Shown in pieces: positions 1 through 12,214 of a stretch of DNA of 64,000 nt. Within the stretch, counting starts at the first letter, position 1. Every line of letters begins with the position of its first letter. A model generated the notes under the pieces. It did not search any database, was not told where the DNA came from, and was given only the letters and a program-made list of their open reading frames with translations. The position numbers and the translations under genes are program-made. Source of the DNA: Phyllosticta citribraziliensis (Eukaryota); assembly GCF_038025025.1 (NCBI RefSeq), contig NW_027117344.1, positions 1,488,001 through 1,552,000 on the forward strand, in the 5' to 3' direction.

Positions 1-1
1 T

Positions 2-1618
2 TCGACAGCCAAAGCGTGGCTTCAAACTTGCATTGCAGGGCATGGCGATGGAGCGTGCCGCGTTTCCTTGACCGGAGCCCGTCCGACTCTCCCAGCACGT
101 GTCTTGGACCTTGGTCCACCTGGCCACGACACATGGCCCAAGGTCTTCGAAACTTCTGGCATCATGTCGGATTATGCCACGTTGAGCTACTGTTGGGGAC
201 AAGCATCGAAATTCGTGGCTTGCCGGTCAAACATTTCTTCACTCCACCAAGGAATCAATCCTTTGCTTCTTCCAAGAACTTTCCAAGATGCCATTTTGAC
301 CGTCAGGGCTCTTGGACTGCGATATTTATGGATAGATGCGCTGTGTATTCTTCAAGACGACTCCTCAGATGTTCAAAGACAAGTTGCCAATATGGCATCT
401 ATTTATCGAAAGGCATTGGTGACCATTGCGGTCGATGCCGCAAGCAGCGTAGACCAAGGCTTTTTTTCTACCGTGAGCCAGACTTTGTCTGTTGATTTGG
501 AAGCAGGGTCGTCTTGCACAGTCGACGAAATTGGTTCCGTCAGGATTCGTCCAAGACCACGATATCAGCAGACGGTGCTTCAGTCTCCTCTTCGGACACG
601 AGGCTGGACACTGCAGGAAGATCTACTCTCCATGCGCACACTACACTGTGCCGGAGACCAGATGTACTGGCAGTGTGGGCAACATATAACCTCAGAGGAT
701 GGCATCATAGATCTCAGTCCCTACGATTCGTGGAAATGTCCCGCCAATTTGCCAGCCGAACTCGCCCTTGGAGACCACTACGGCAACAGTATTCGTGTGA
801 CGTCCAGGAATCCCAATGCCTACCAGCGCTTTTGGAACCTCCCGACGTGGTACTTGATGGTTGCGGACTATAGTGCCCGGAGCCTGACCTATCCCAGCGA
901 CAAACTGGCTGCCATTGCCGGCCTGACCAAGGTCTTTGAGCAATGGAACGGCACCGCGTCCGTCGCCGGCCTCTGGCTCGCAGACTTGCATTTTGGCCTT
1001 GCCTGGCGCGGCGATGCGTCCTCGTCGACACGAAGCCGGCGCACTACTGCTTCCATGCCATCGTGGTCCTGGGTCTCTTTTGACGGACCCGTAAGATACC
1101 TGGACACACGAGTCTTTCAAGATAGCAGGGAGCAAACCAGCAGGGAGTTTCAATTACTAGGTTCGCACATCGAATGGTCAGGGCAGCCGCTTAGCTCGAC
1201 AATCACCCGTGCAACGCTCAGCCTAGGTGCGAAGATACGACAGCTTCCTGTTCAAATTGATGATGTTGAACACCAAATGATTGTCATCACTCGAAACAGG
1301 ACTCTGCATTACGACGCAAAGAACAGCGACTCCAGTACACCTTTCCAGATCATCTCCTCCCTTGAAAGACCATCTGTCAAGATCTGCGCAGTTGCTGAGC
1401 TTGACCAGCCCATTCCTCCAGGCGCTCGTACCTTCTTCGCCCTTCTGCTCCATTCACCTGTGTCATGGAAACGGACAGACATGCCGACTACATCTGCATT
1501 TCTGCTCGTCGAGTCGACTGGCACGAAGCGCGAGTATCGGCGAGTTGGCATCGGCGAGGCAGCCACTGAGCTGTTTCTTTTTGAAGATGTCGGATGGCAG
1601 AATGTTGTCCTGGTTTGA
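2..1618 (+). CDS. HET-domain (heterokaryon incompatibility, PF06985-like) protein; 5' end lies upstream of the window
   Basis: Open frame from position 2 (STAKAWLQTC...LPARVLDL). Carries HET motifs YATLSYCWG, LPRTFQDAI, RYLWIDALCILQD, MASIY, SPLRTRGWTLQE, YSARSLTYPSDKLAAIAGL and PSWSW. Confidence 0.92.
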   Translation, partial: STAKAWLQTCIAGHGDGACRVSLTGARPTLPARVLDLGPPGHDTWPKVFETSGIMSDYATLSYCWGQASKFVACRSNISSLHQGINPLLLPRTFQDAILTVRALGLRYLWIDALCILQDDSSDVQRQVANMASIYRKALVTIAVDAASSVDQGFFSTVSQTLSVDLEAGSSCTVDEIGSVRIRPRPRYQQTVLQSPLRTRGWTLQEDLLSMRTLHCAGDQMYWQCGQHITSEDGIIDLSPYDSWKCPANLPAELALGDHYGNSIRVTSRNPNAYQRFWNLPTWYLMVADYSARSLTYPSDKLAAIAGLTKVFEQWNGTASVAGLWLADLHFGLAWRGDASSSTRSRRTTASMPSWSWVSFDGPVRYLDTRVFQDSREQTSREFQLLGSHIEWSGQPLSSTITRATLSLGAKIRQLPVQIDDVEHQMIVITRNRTLHYDAKNSDSSTPFQIISSLERPSVKICAVAELDQPIPPGARTFFALLLHSPVSWKRTDMPTTSAFLLVESTGTKREYRRVGIGEAATELFLFEDVGWQNVVLV

Positions 1619-2169
1619 GAGGTCCAAAAAGCGCAATAGTCGGCACACTGGGTCCTACGCAGTAACTGCCTGTGGTACCTCGGACGTTAGCGCCAGCCTG
1701 GGGGGTGTAGCCTGGATCACCGCACTCCGCGCTGTGGCTGAGCCTAGGGCTCAGGAGACGACAGAAATAGTAGGGTCAAAAAGTTGCAGCCAGCGCACGC
1801 ATCACGGGGCTATGTGCGGCGAATAGGCAGCTCCAGAGCTTGGAAAAGAGATAGGGGCTTGAACATCGACTTCGGGTTTAAGAATTGCTCCTTGCCATCT
1901 CTGTCATCGTAACTCACTCCCTCAGCACGTTGCAGAGCACACGAATCCACCGCCAGTCGTGACAATCGCCGCACTCGGCGCTGGTATACAGCCTGCTCCA
2001 CCTCTCGTCACAAGCTTACGCTGTCGGTTGACCGTTTCGAGCTTCGTGGTGCCTTTCATAGGCTACAATCAGGCGCTTCGTTTTCGCCCCCAACTTTTCT
2101 TCCAAGAACTTCTTCAGCCTCGTGGATAGACCATGGGATCTCTGACCTGAACAACTACAAGACTAAATA

Positions 2170-5100
2170 ATGGCTGATGCCATAGGAATAGCCACCGGAA
2201 TTATTGAATTCATCAAGATTGGCAAGAAGGTCGTCGACCTATGCGAGAAGATCAAAAATGTCCCGCAAAAGATCACAGAGCAGCAGCAGCAATTGACCGA
2301 AACTATACAATTCTTCGAAGGCCAAGCAGAAGCATTCCAAACCAACGCAGCCCAGAACAACAATCCCATCTTCCCGCGTGACCGAAAACTTATCGACCAA
2401 ATCATCAAGCGATGTGTCAAAAACCTGAGTGGCCTGGAACGACATCTCAACGGCATAGCCGGCCAGCTCGATGGCAGACGCTTGCAGCGAGCGTGGGCTG
2501 CGGTCTGCGCTTTGAGGAAAGACTCCGAGTTGCAGGATTCTTTTGATCACTTGCAGCTCGACTTGAACAAGCTCTCGTCAATGTTTTCGCAGCAGAGTTT
2601 TGTGCTACTCCAAAACCAAAGGTAAGTACTTCTACAACTTTTTTGGGGGGTCTTCTTTGAAAATCTACGCCACACGCAACGACGGGACGACGATAATTCG
2701 AGGTCCAGGAAAAAGAGATATGGAGAGTGGAAGCTTTGGATTTGGTCAACCACTAGAATTCAGGTCGAACAAACATTTTGGCTGACTCAGCTAGTGTGAC
2801 GATCTCCTCCATTGAATCTAAGCAGTTGAAGATTCACGACAAGATCGAATCCCTCGAAGCCGCTATCATGAACTTGTCGACTCACACACATATTGAGACA
2901 ACTCAGCTCATCAATGACGCGATCAGTCGTGACATGAGCATGATGAAGTTGGGAAATGTACACGACATGACTGTAAGCGAGAACTTACATGGTGTTGCGT
3001 AAATGAGGCTAATACAAAATAGACTCAAATGGCCTTGTCTCGGCGTCCGAAGACCCGCAATTCTGTCCCAGAACTCCCAGACTTCTCTGCGTTGTGTCTT
3101 CAAGATCACATCCAGTCCGCTTCTGAGTGCGAATGCAAGAGCCGACCAAAGACGCTGTTTTGGTCTCTCGGCTTGGTCAATTTCCGCGACAAGAGAGGCC
3201 ATCAACCCGATTGCCCTTTATATGGCACAAGCGAAAGAGAGGTGAACGTTGCATTGCGACTAGCAATACCGTTCATCTTTGAAAAGTCCATCCAGGTTGT
3301 TTTCAACGCTAATTGGGGAGCGGGAGGCGTGGCATTAAGTCCATCCGTAAAGCTCACAGCCATCACAGTCGATCGCTCCCAATCCCCAGCATTCATGTGC
3401 ATGGATAGACTGCGCGGATGTCTTGAAAAGGCGATTAAAAAAGAAGAACCCACACCCAGGTTCGTCAGTCACACCACCGTTATATATTGCCAATCTGTAC
3501 TTTCACAAATGCAGCCTTTACCCAGGAAACGACCTCTCTCTGTCCATGAACAAGACAAGGACGGCTCTACCGTACTCTGGGTATGAAATGATTCCAAGGT
3601 AGACCGAGCATTGGGAAAGCTGACTTGATGTAAGGAATTCCTTGGAGTAGTGGCAGGGATAATGTGGTCCGACGACCAACTCTGCGCTGGATTCACTCCC
3701 ACTGTCACAAAATACGCCTCTCGAGTCATAAAGATGATGGTAGATGACTACGGAGCTAACCCTAACACTGTTATTCCGTACGTCACCAGCCATTCAAACA
3801 CTCTTGAAAACCACTAACCCAATTGCAGCTCTTCTTCGAAGAACAATCCCAGAAAGACAGATTACAAAAACCACTCTTCAATGGACCTCATCTTAATGCG
3901 TACTACATTTGACACCGGTATTGAAGAGAAACCAGCAGAAGGTGCTCCGATCGAAGCAATTTTGATCAATCATGGATTTGCGCCTTTCAAACTCTCTTCG
4001 AAGTACTTTGCATCTAAAGGTAACGGGGGATACTCTTTCGGTCACATCCGCAGAATGTTCAACAGTCCAGACTTAGCACAAGGTATGCCGGCTGTTCCCC
4101 TCACTTCACACCAGAGTCGCTTATTAATATGACACAGAATTGGGGTTTCCCAACCATCATCTGGCCATTTTCCGCAGATCATCGAGTGAGCTTCTCGCCT
4201 GCATTCGGAAAGGTGTCAGCTGGACGAATCACGAGGGCTTACCAGATCCTATGATATGCGCTCTGAGCTGGCGCGAAGGATTGAGAATTTTACTTGCGCT
4301 CGGCCTCGATCCCATACCGGCTTTAGAACAAGCTCAAGCGAACTCCTTCAAAGTACCCGACGCCATGAGAGATTTCATAGCGTATCGAATTCCGCCATTC
4401 TGGGAAATTCCAGATCTTCCGCATGCCGGACGTACGATGCTATATGGATACCACAGTCCAGAGGTCAGAGGCTTGATTTTCGACTATGTTGCCGGAGCTC
4501 GGAAGGAGCTTGCTCAAATTGGATTACAAAATCTTCCGCCGGGGACGTGGGAGCGGCAGCATCTTCAAGATCTCCAACGAAAAGGATCGCTGGTGGATGA
4601 GTACGCCCTTGACGTCTGGAAGGCCTTGGAAGCGTCTAAATTGATTGCCCCTTCGAAACTCAAATATCTTTGGCCTGGAATAAAGAAGTCGGTGTACTCC
4701 TACAAGCTGTCCTCGTACAAAAAGTCAGAGAACAATTACCAGTCGCTCTTCAACCTTGGATTCCACGACATCGACATCACTGAAGCGGATGGTTCAACGC
4801 CGTTCCTGAATGCATGCTCAAGATTCGACCTTACTTCGGCAGCCTGGTTCATTTCCAAAGGCACTCGTACAGATCCCAGAGGCCTCTGGTTCCTTATGAG
4901 AAGCTTCAGTGGCTTCAGTGGGTGGTTCAGACGCGGGAGTTGGGTGATTGACCTTTCGTTAAGCCTTCGCTGCGACACCTGTCGCTGCTTCTGTTCAACA
5001 TCCGGATGCACGCCAGTGGCCGTTCTGGTGCGCAAACGGTGGATGGGGAGCGTGGCACGCCGACGCATAGCTGAAACTTTCACAAAGGCATATCCCTCTT

Positions 5101-6017
5101 CTACGCGACGGGCTTGGATGAGGGAGATTTGCCGTCTCGAAGTCTTTGAGCGCTTGGGCATGACCCACACATGTTGCCGAGCGACAGACCCGGATGATTA
5201 CTTTTCACACCGATGGAAACCACTTGACCATGTCGACGTGGCTGCCATCCAAGAGGAAGAGATGGAGTTAAAGGTCATCCTGGACGCTTACATGACGCTC
5301 TTCGATGGCATGCTCGCACACTTCTCAGGCCAGTTTGCCGCTTTCATCAGCGCTTGGTGGGCTGGCATTGATCTGTTCTTCCCTCCACAGTACCGTGAAG
5401 ACAGCATCATCTGTGATCGGTCTGAAACATCGAAATGCGTTCTCTGGCCCGACCTAACCCTCTTTTCCACACCTCGCATCAGGACTTATGGCTATGGAGA
5501 ACCTTTCCCTGATAGCACCGCCAGCATGGCCATCATCCGACACTTGGCGGACGTGGTTGGCACCATAAAACGCCTCTTCGATGAGCAAGGCCCTCGCAAG
5601 TTCGTAGAATTTGTCCAAATCCGCTACCTGACGTCCCTTGGCATCTCACTCACCATTATCGAATGGATGCAAGAGCCTGGAGACGGAAAGGTGTCACCCC
5701 ATAGAGGCCCTTGTGACGGGCCCTATTTAGGCTACAATTGCTGGTTGCACATGCGTGCCGGCAAGTCGTATTGGTCGTTGTGGGATCCGGATGTGCTCAA
5801 GAAGTATCACGCGGAAGACTACATCCTGCCGCTCGTCTCGGCGGCCGTGATACGTGACGTCGAAAGAAACACCTGGATTCCAGACGCACTACGAGAGCGA
5901 CTCGAGAGCGAAGGGGTCATTGTGGATGGGAGATTGCGGCCAGCGCCCTGGAGAGAAGATGCAGAAGACATTTTCGAGCGACACCTGGATATATTCGACC
6001 AATTCCCTTCGATGTAG
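2170..6017 (+). CDS. HeLo-like N-terminal domain protein with ankyrin-like segments and Cys-rich C-terminus (~1154 aa, 6 exons)
   Basis: Exons 2170-2621, 2795-2972, 3023-3580, 3635-3777, 3829-4082 and 4138-6017 join in frame via GT..AG introns with branch sites. N-terminus MADAIGIATGIIEFIKIG...IKNVP is typical of fungal HeLo-like/STAND N-terminal helices. Ankyrin-like stretches: EQDKDGSTVLW, YGANPN, DITEADGSTPFLNAC. C-terminal motif: RLEVFERLGMTHTCC. Confidence 0.75.
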
Positions 6018-6674
6018 ATTGTCACAGTTGAAGAAGACTTCACCTCAGGAATCGATCAAGTGTTCACTGTTGCCGGCTTGCAGCTTGCAGAGATTGAGGC
6101 CGCCCAAGTCTCGTACTTAGGTAGCAGAGGGCGAGACACAAGACAGCCGTTGAACCAAGGAAGCTGCATGCTCCTTACTGCTTTCTCTCCGAAGACGTAT
6201 CCGCATCCCAAGTCTGCAGCACAACGAAATCGAAGCCATCACAACGGGTTGACTGGCTGGCCGGTTGCGTCACACACCCACATCAAGACTGACACACGTC
6301 CACCTTTAGACAGACAGGAGCCCAACATGGGCACAACCCACGGCGCAGAGCAATCTCGAACGAAAGTTTGTCAACAAGACACGAGCAGGAGCCGCCAACC
6401 TACCCAAAGCGGCAAAAGCGGAGCGGCCGCAGCCGTTCGGAGCTAACCGAGTTCAACGGCGGAGGGACGATCTGCGCACAAATAATGGCAGCGGCCGGGG
6501 AATCGCCGGGGAGCAAGCGGGGGGGTGCAACGGTGCAACTCGGGTCTGCCAAACAAGTGTTCCGTGAATCCGACGGGGAGTGACATGATGTGGTGTATGA
6601 AATTTTATGGGGGATGGGGTGACAGGGCGGAGAAGACAGCGAGGGGTCTCGCAAAGGGAGAGGGAGACGCAGCG

Positions 6675-6703
6675 CAGCAGCAGCAGCAGCACCAGCAGCA
6701 GCA
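6675..6703 (+). repeat. Imperfect (CAG)n microsatellite, intergenic
   Basis: cagcagcagcagcagcaccagcagcagca read directly. Confidence 0.85.
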
Positions 6704-7409
6704 GGAGGCTGGCGGGCAGGCGAGCGGTAATGGCGGGGCGCTTGTTGTTCAATTCAATAGTCAACATCGCCCTGCTTTGTGTTCCGGAGAGGGCAGGAGT
6801 GGTGGTAATTGTCTTCTCGTGTCCGGGTCGCTGGGTGCGGTGGGAAAAAAGAAAGGGCGAACGAGCGAGCGAGTCGTCCAAAACAAAGCCCGAGTGTTTG
6901 CGGCAGTAGAGCGGAGGGGGCCCGTCTGCTCCCGTCCAGTCCACCCCATCCCAGCAGTCCGCCGCGGCACGACGGAATCAGATCTGGCAACGGTTGCGCG
7001 CGAGCAGAGGGCCATGTTGTTTCAATGACTGTCGGACAAAGAGTTTGCGAGTGGTTACTGATTGCTTGATTACACTGCTGGACGGCGGAGGGGTTGGTCC
7101 TCCTAGCGCGCAGCTCGCCGTCCATTATTGGCTGGGTCGCCGGTATGCCAGCTAACCTTAGGTAGCGTGCCAGTGATTATGCGACAGCCGAGGCGTTGGT
7201 CCGCGAAGCGATGATGATGATGGCACACTGACAGCTGCTTACGTACCCTGCGTTCCAAACTTTTCCACGGGCTGCCCGCTACGCTAGAGAGAGCTTGGTG
7301 GAAGGACGCGGAGGACGGATTGCGCGGCAGCAGCAAGAATCCGTCTCGCCGTCGCCAATGATTCCCGTTGTTTCCAGAGCGGATGAGACGGCGGGCGTTC
7401 GGTAGAGTC

Positions 7410-7436
7410 GGCAGGGCAGGGCAGGGCAGGGCAGGG
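7410..7436 (+). repeat. (GGCAG)5 pentanucleotide microsatellite
   Basis: ggcagggcagggcagggcagggcaggg read directly. Confidence 0.85.
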
Positions 7437-8732
7437 CCGCACTCATGTTTTTGTTAGGGCCGTCGTTTCGAGTCTTCTTCTTCTTCCATGAAGTGGTTTG
7501 GCATGCATGACCCCAGATTGAGCGTCGGAACCGGTACCGGCATCCGTCTCTCGTCGGCTATGTCTCGGGCGCGCATCTGGCATGAGCCCTGTCGAAGAGA
7601 AAGGGAAAAAAAAAGAAAGAAAAAATTGTGAAGAGGAAACGGCGAAAAATTTCGACTGGTGCAGGGCAAGCGATTGGGCGAGAGGAGTGCGTTCTTTTCG
7701 CGGGTGCCGGTGCGCCGCCACGACGCAGGTGGTCGCTGGGTTGGGTTAATTGCAGCGATGCGTCAGAGGGGAGGGCAACTATTGCTCCAGCGTGTGGAGG
7801 TTGGGACTTGGGATGGCTGACGCCTCGCGCCCGATGACCTCCGTGGCTGTCAGGCGGGGAGGTTTAATTCTTTAGGGAGGAGAGGAGAGGGAGGCCGGTC
7901 AGCGAGGGTTGCGCGCGTTTTGTGAGGACTACGGTACCGCACGGCATGGCCAGACCGGCGTGGGCCAGCATCCATCATGCATCACCACACAGCCTACATG
8001 TAGCCTGGCTGCCGGTGCCTTGGAGTCACGCATGCGATGGATGACTGTCCACCGCACGTCCACGTCCACACCTCCGCCATGCCGACCAAGCCGGGGATAT
8101 GGATGGAACAACGGCTCATCATCAAACTGAGGTCAGCGCTGCGCTTAGTGAGCCGACGACTGCACTTCACAGCGTGTCATGGCGCCCTTTTGGCCGTTCG
8201 CAGCACGGCGGCAGCTTCACGGCTCGGCCAGGCGCAAACGGGTTTCTCTCCAGAAGGTCAGGTCCGTCTTGACCTCAGGGCGCAGCACAACAACGACGGT
8301 GCCGTCGTCATGATGAGTCGGGCCGCGTGCACAGCTGGAGCACGGCCACACAGTCAAGCCTCTTGTGTCTTGACAAGATTTCATGGTGCAGGGCGCTGAC
8401 GTGGGGCCCGGAACCAGTGCAGTGCAGCGCAGGGAACCAGGGCCAGGGCCAGGGCCAGGGTGGTAGTCGCCCAAGCAGGAAACATCCAACTGCTCTCCGG
8501 CTCTGCTTTGCTCTGCTCTGCTCTGCTGACCATTGTACATACATAAACCCACCACCACCTCACCATTCCGAAACCAGCCCAGCTTTGTCCAACCACGCCA
8601 AAATACCCTCCAAGTCCCCGGCACGCTCCCATTCCATTGATAACATAAACCTCGACCCGCCCTCGCCCTCGCCCTTCTCATATGCTGCTGTCGCTGCCCT
8701 CGTCCACCACCTCTCCCCAACACCATCCCGAA

Positions 8733-9518
8733 ATGGCCACTCCGCCAGACATGACGCTTCGTCTGCCGCCGCACATTCAAAAGCAGCTCGCCGACATGGC
8801 CTGCTCCCCTCCTCCGCGCACACGGTCAGATGCTCCTGCAAATTCCCAGTACCACACGGCCCTGGCCATCCAGTACCGCCAGCGCATCCAGGGAATCATC
8901 AAGGCCGACCTCTCGGCCTTCATCACGGCCGACGACGTCACCCACGAAGAACCGGAACCCTCCCCCCTGCCAAGCAAACGTCATGACTCCCCCTCCGCAG
9001 AGCTTGAAGACCTACTGCCGCCTTATTCAGAGGAGGATCCCGATGTCAACACCGCCGCCTGCACCATCACCGTCAAGGAGCTCTCGTCCATGGACACGCC
9101 CACGCCCACGCCCACGTCCACCGACGACGACAACCGCTTCTTCGCCCTCGTCACAACCACGACTCACGAGACCATGCCCACCCGTCCCCACACGGACATG
9201 ATCACCCGCATCACCTCGCATTTTTCAACAAGCTCCACGTCCTCCGAAGACTCCGACGCCATCCAGCCCGCCGCCGCGCTCAACGACCACCCGGCGCCGC
9301 TGCACCGCTACTCAAGTTTTGCGCCGCCGAAACTGCTGCGCGCCGCCGCTCTCGACACCAAGCCACGCGACCCCTGCAAGACGAAGCACTCGCATCCGCC
9401 CTCGTGTCCGCGCACCAGCCCAAGCAAGGTGCGCCGCATCGTCGAGCGCTTCACTGCGAAAAAGGACGACACGGCGGCCAAGGACAAACGCCGCCGCGCG
9501 CGCCAGGCCGTGGTGTAA
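8733..9518 (+). CDS. Hypothetical Pro/Thr/Ser-rich protein
   Basis: ORF with strong C-ending codon bias (MATPPDMTLRLPPHIQKQ...). No recognisable domain. An alternative ATG lies at 8682. Confidence 0.6.
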   Translation: MATPPDMTLRLPPHIQKQLADMACSPPPRTRSDAPANSQYHTALAIQYRQRIQGIIKADLSAFITADDVTHEEPEPSPLPSKRHDSPSAELEDLLPPYSEEDPDVNTAACTITVKELSSMDTPTPTPTSTDDDNRFFALVTTTTHETMPTRPHTDMITRITSHFSTSSTSSEDSDAIQPAAALNDHPAPLHRYSSFAPPKLLRAAALDTKPRDPCKTKHSHPPSCPRTSPSKVRRIVERFTAKKDDTAAKDKRRRARQAVV

Positions 9519-12214
9519 AGTCCGCGCGCCGAAACAGGAGCCAGCCCAGTTTGCCTTGCCTCACTTCTCTCCGCAACGGCCGCGACACGAAAAATTCGAT
9601 GCGCACCAAACAGCCCCACCCACCAGCGCCTGGGGAAACGATTCCAGAAGCTCCTAGGTCACAGCCCCCAGTCCGCCAATATCCGCCGCTACCCCCGATC
9701 TCGTCGGTGTTTAGAGCCAGTTACGACGCGGAGGCAGTGCAGTGGTTTTCTGGCCCCGGCTGCGCTGCGCCCGCTCCCGCAGTCTTGACAGCTGCAGCCT
9801 AGGCTTGACGGGCCCTCGGCGCATTCGCGTGCCGCGGATGCAGACGGACGGACGGACGGGAGGGACGACGACCATCACCATCATGTGCATGCGAACTCCC
9901 TCCCAAGACCGGCCCTTCGTATGACCGCTCTGGCGACAAAACAAAAAAACTCCACGCCGGGCTCGCCGACACCACGGCATTCGGCGTCCACACGCGCCGA
10001 CTCGACACGGAACGCGAAAGCTTGCGCATCCGTTGTATGCATGCATGCATTCGTGGCGGGCGGACCGTTCGTACGTTGGTTCCCCACAATCCTAAAAGGA
10101 TGCTCAGCGGCGTTCCTGGGCGCAGCATCCCCAGCGTGGCTGAGATGTGCGGGCGGAAAGAGCGGGAATGCCGCAACCCCAAACCCTTCCAACCAACCAC
10201 CCACCACCCCGCCTCATCAGCTGGTGCCAAACCAAATGCCCAGCCGTGGCGCCGTGGCTGGAGTCGTCACGTCATGAGGCTGAGCACTTGGAAGACTCAG
10301 TTCGCCCCCCTTCCCCCCTCCTTCTCCTAAACCGTTGGTGTTTGAGGGCGTGCGCGTCGCCATACTCTTGCCTCATTGGGTCGGGCGGACTCAACGGCGG
10401 TTGCGGTCGGCGATGCAATCGAAGCGATCGCCGCCCCTCTTTTTCTTCTTTGTTTTCATTCAGTACCACGATTGGTGCCTTCTTCCACGATGATGATATT
10501 CACGATTACGACGACATGGTGTCGATGTACTGGGATTGGATTGGATTGCTGCATGGTTGGTTGGTTGGATGCACGCACGCATGGCTCGGCATTGGCATTG
10601 GCATCCAGATGGCGGGGAGGGCTTGGACATTGTTCCTTGTTTTTCTCTGCCGCTGCGACATTTTTCGTTAATGTTTTCTTTTTGTCAAGACAAGACGAGA
10701 TACCCAAGGAAGGACTTTGGACGATTCTTTGATGCATGGAAGAGCTTACACATGTACCTATCAGAAAATAAGGAACAAAAAAGGACAAACTTTTTTGACG
10801 CCAATCTTTCACATTTGCCTGTGTTGCCTCCTTGTGGTCCAAAGTACCCGAAAAACGAGTAAGCGACCACCAAACACTCGTGTCACCTATCGTTAAACCT
10901 ACCCCTACCTATTCTTAATTTCTTGCCCTCTCTTCTCCCACCATGATTTGTTGTCCTGTCGCTGGTGGTCATGGCCAGGGAGAAATCGTGAACCGAACTT
11001 CTTGCACACCCTTCCTGTTGCCCTCTTTTCTCCTCGTCCCCCTCCCCCTTTCTCGTGGCCCTCTCCCCTTTCCCCCCCATTTACCTCCCCAAATCGAACA
11101 AGCGCACTCGAAGCAGATGCACGCTTATCCATCCATCCATCCATCCAACCACGCGAAGCGCAGCATGGACATGACAGCACAAATAGGTAGACTCCAAAGC
11201 CGCTCACGTAGTTGGTTTGCTTTTCCAACCACGCGCGCATTCCATCTTCACGCTTTATTTGTCGCGTCACTCGCATGCATGTCAAAGTCGCGGTGCGATG
11301 TCACTGTTGGCAATCACGGCAAGGGCGGCGGTCGCACGTTTGGTCTTGGTGTTTTTTTTTTTTTTTTTTCTTTTGCTTCTTTTGTTGGTACATGTATGTG
11401 TGGTTTGAGACTTTTAGAATGCCAGTGGGCTGGGCGTGCACCGGCACTACCACCACCACTGCTTCTCCGCTCATTCCTTTCCCCCTCGTCCTTCATTCAA
11501 GTCATTCAATCATGACTCATCATCGGCCCAAGCAGGCCAGGCCGCATGCGTTGTCGAAAGAGAAGAAAAAGAAGAAAAACGGGGGAGGAAAGAAATATGT
11601 TTATTTATCTCGTTGCCGAGTGAGTAGACCACGAGCCGCAACAAACCAGAGACCGCACGCTATGCAAGAAGAGGCAAACAAGCAAGAAAGGGGGAAAGTC
11701 TTTGATGCCGCTCGCTGATGTGGCTGGCAGTAAAGAAAAGATAATGACATGCAGTGGAGGAGACAGAGCCCAGTCCAGTCCAGTCCAATCGTTCGTGCAA
11801 ACCCGCCGAAGATCAGAAGAGGTCTGCTCGCTCGCCGATGATAAAAGGGCAAAGCAGACTGAGGTACCTAGTAGATGTGTACTCAAGGGGCTAAGTGGGT
11901 ATGTGGAATTTTTGTGGTACGCCCCGGAAAAATCAAAAAGAAGCCATCAAGGCCATCGCCTGTGAGTCGCTGAGGAAGAACCAATGCAAAAACACAACCG
12001 GCCAAAATCGACCCAAGGAAAAAGGGAAGGGGCAGCCGTGTCGAGGGCAGCAAGATCCAAAGCCGAATGTCCCGCATGCTCACCACACCACGCCACCACG
12101 CCATCAACTCTTGGGAAAAAGCAAAGGGGAATCGATGGCACGATGTCCAGGAGCGGATGCCTCGTCCAGAAAAGGCCACCGATCATCAACGAAACCAAAA
12201 TCACCCAACACCCC

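Noticed and set aside
3756..3766. CTAACCCTAAC telomere-like or template-like motif
   Set aside because: It lies inside a coding exon (Ala-Asn-Pro-Asn) of the HeLo-like gene.
6060..12200. Many short overlapping ORFs in the long intergenic stretches around the 8733 gene
   Set aside because: Microsatellite-rich promoter/UTR-like DNA with no domains or consistent codon bias.
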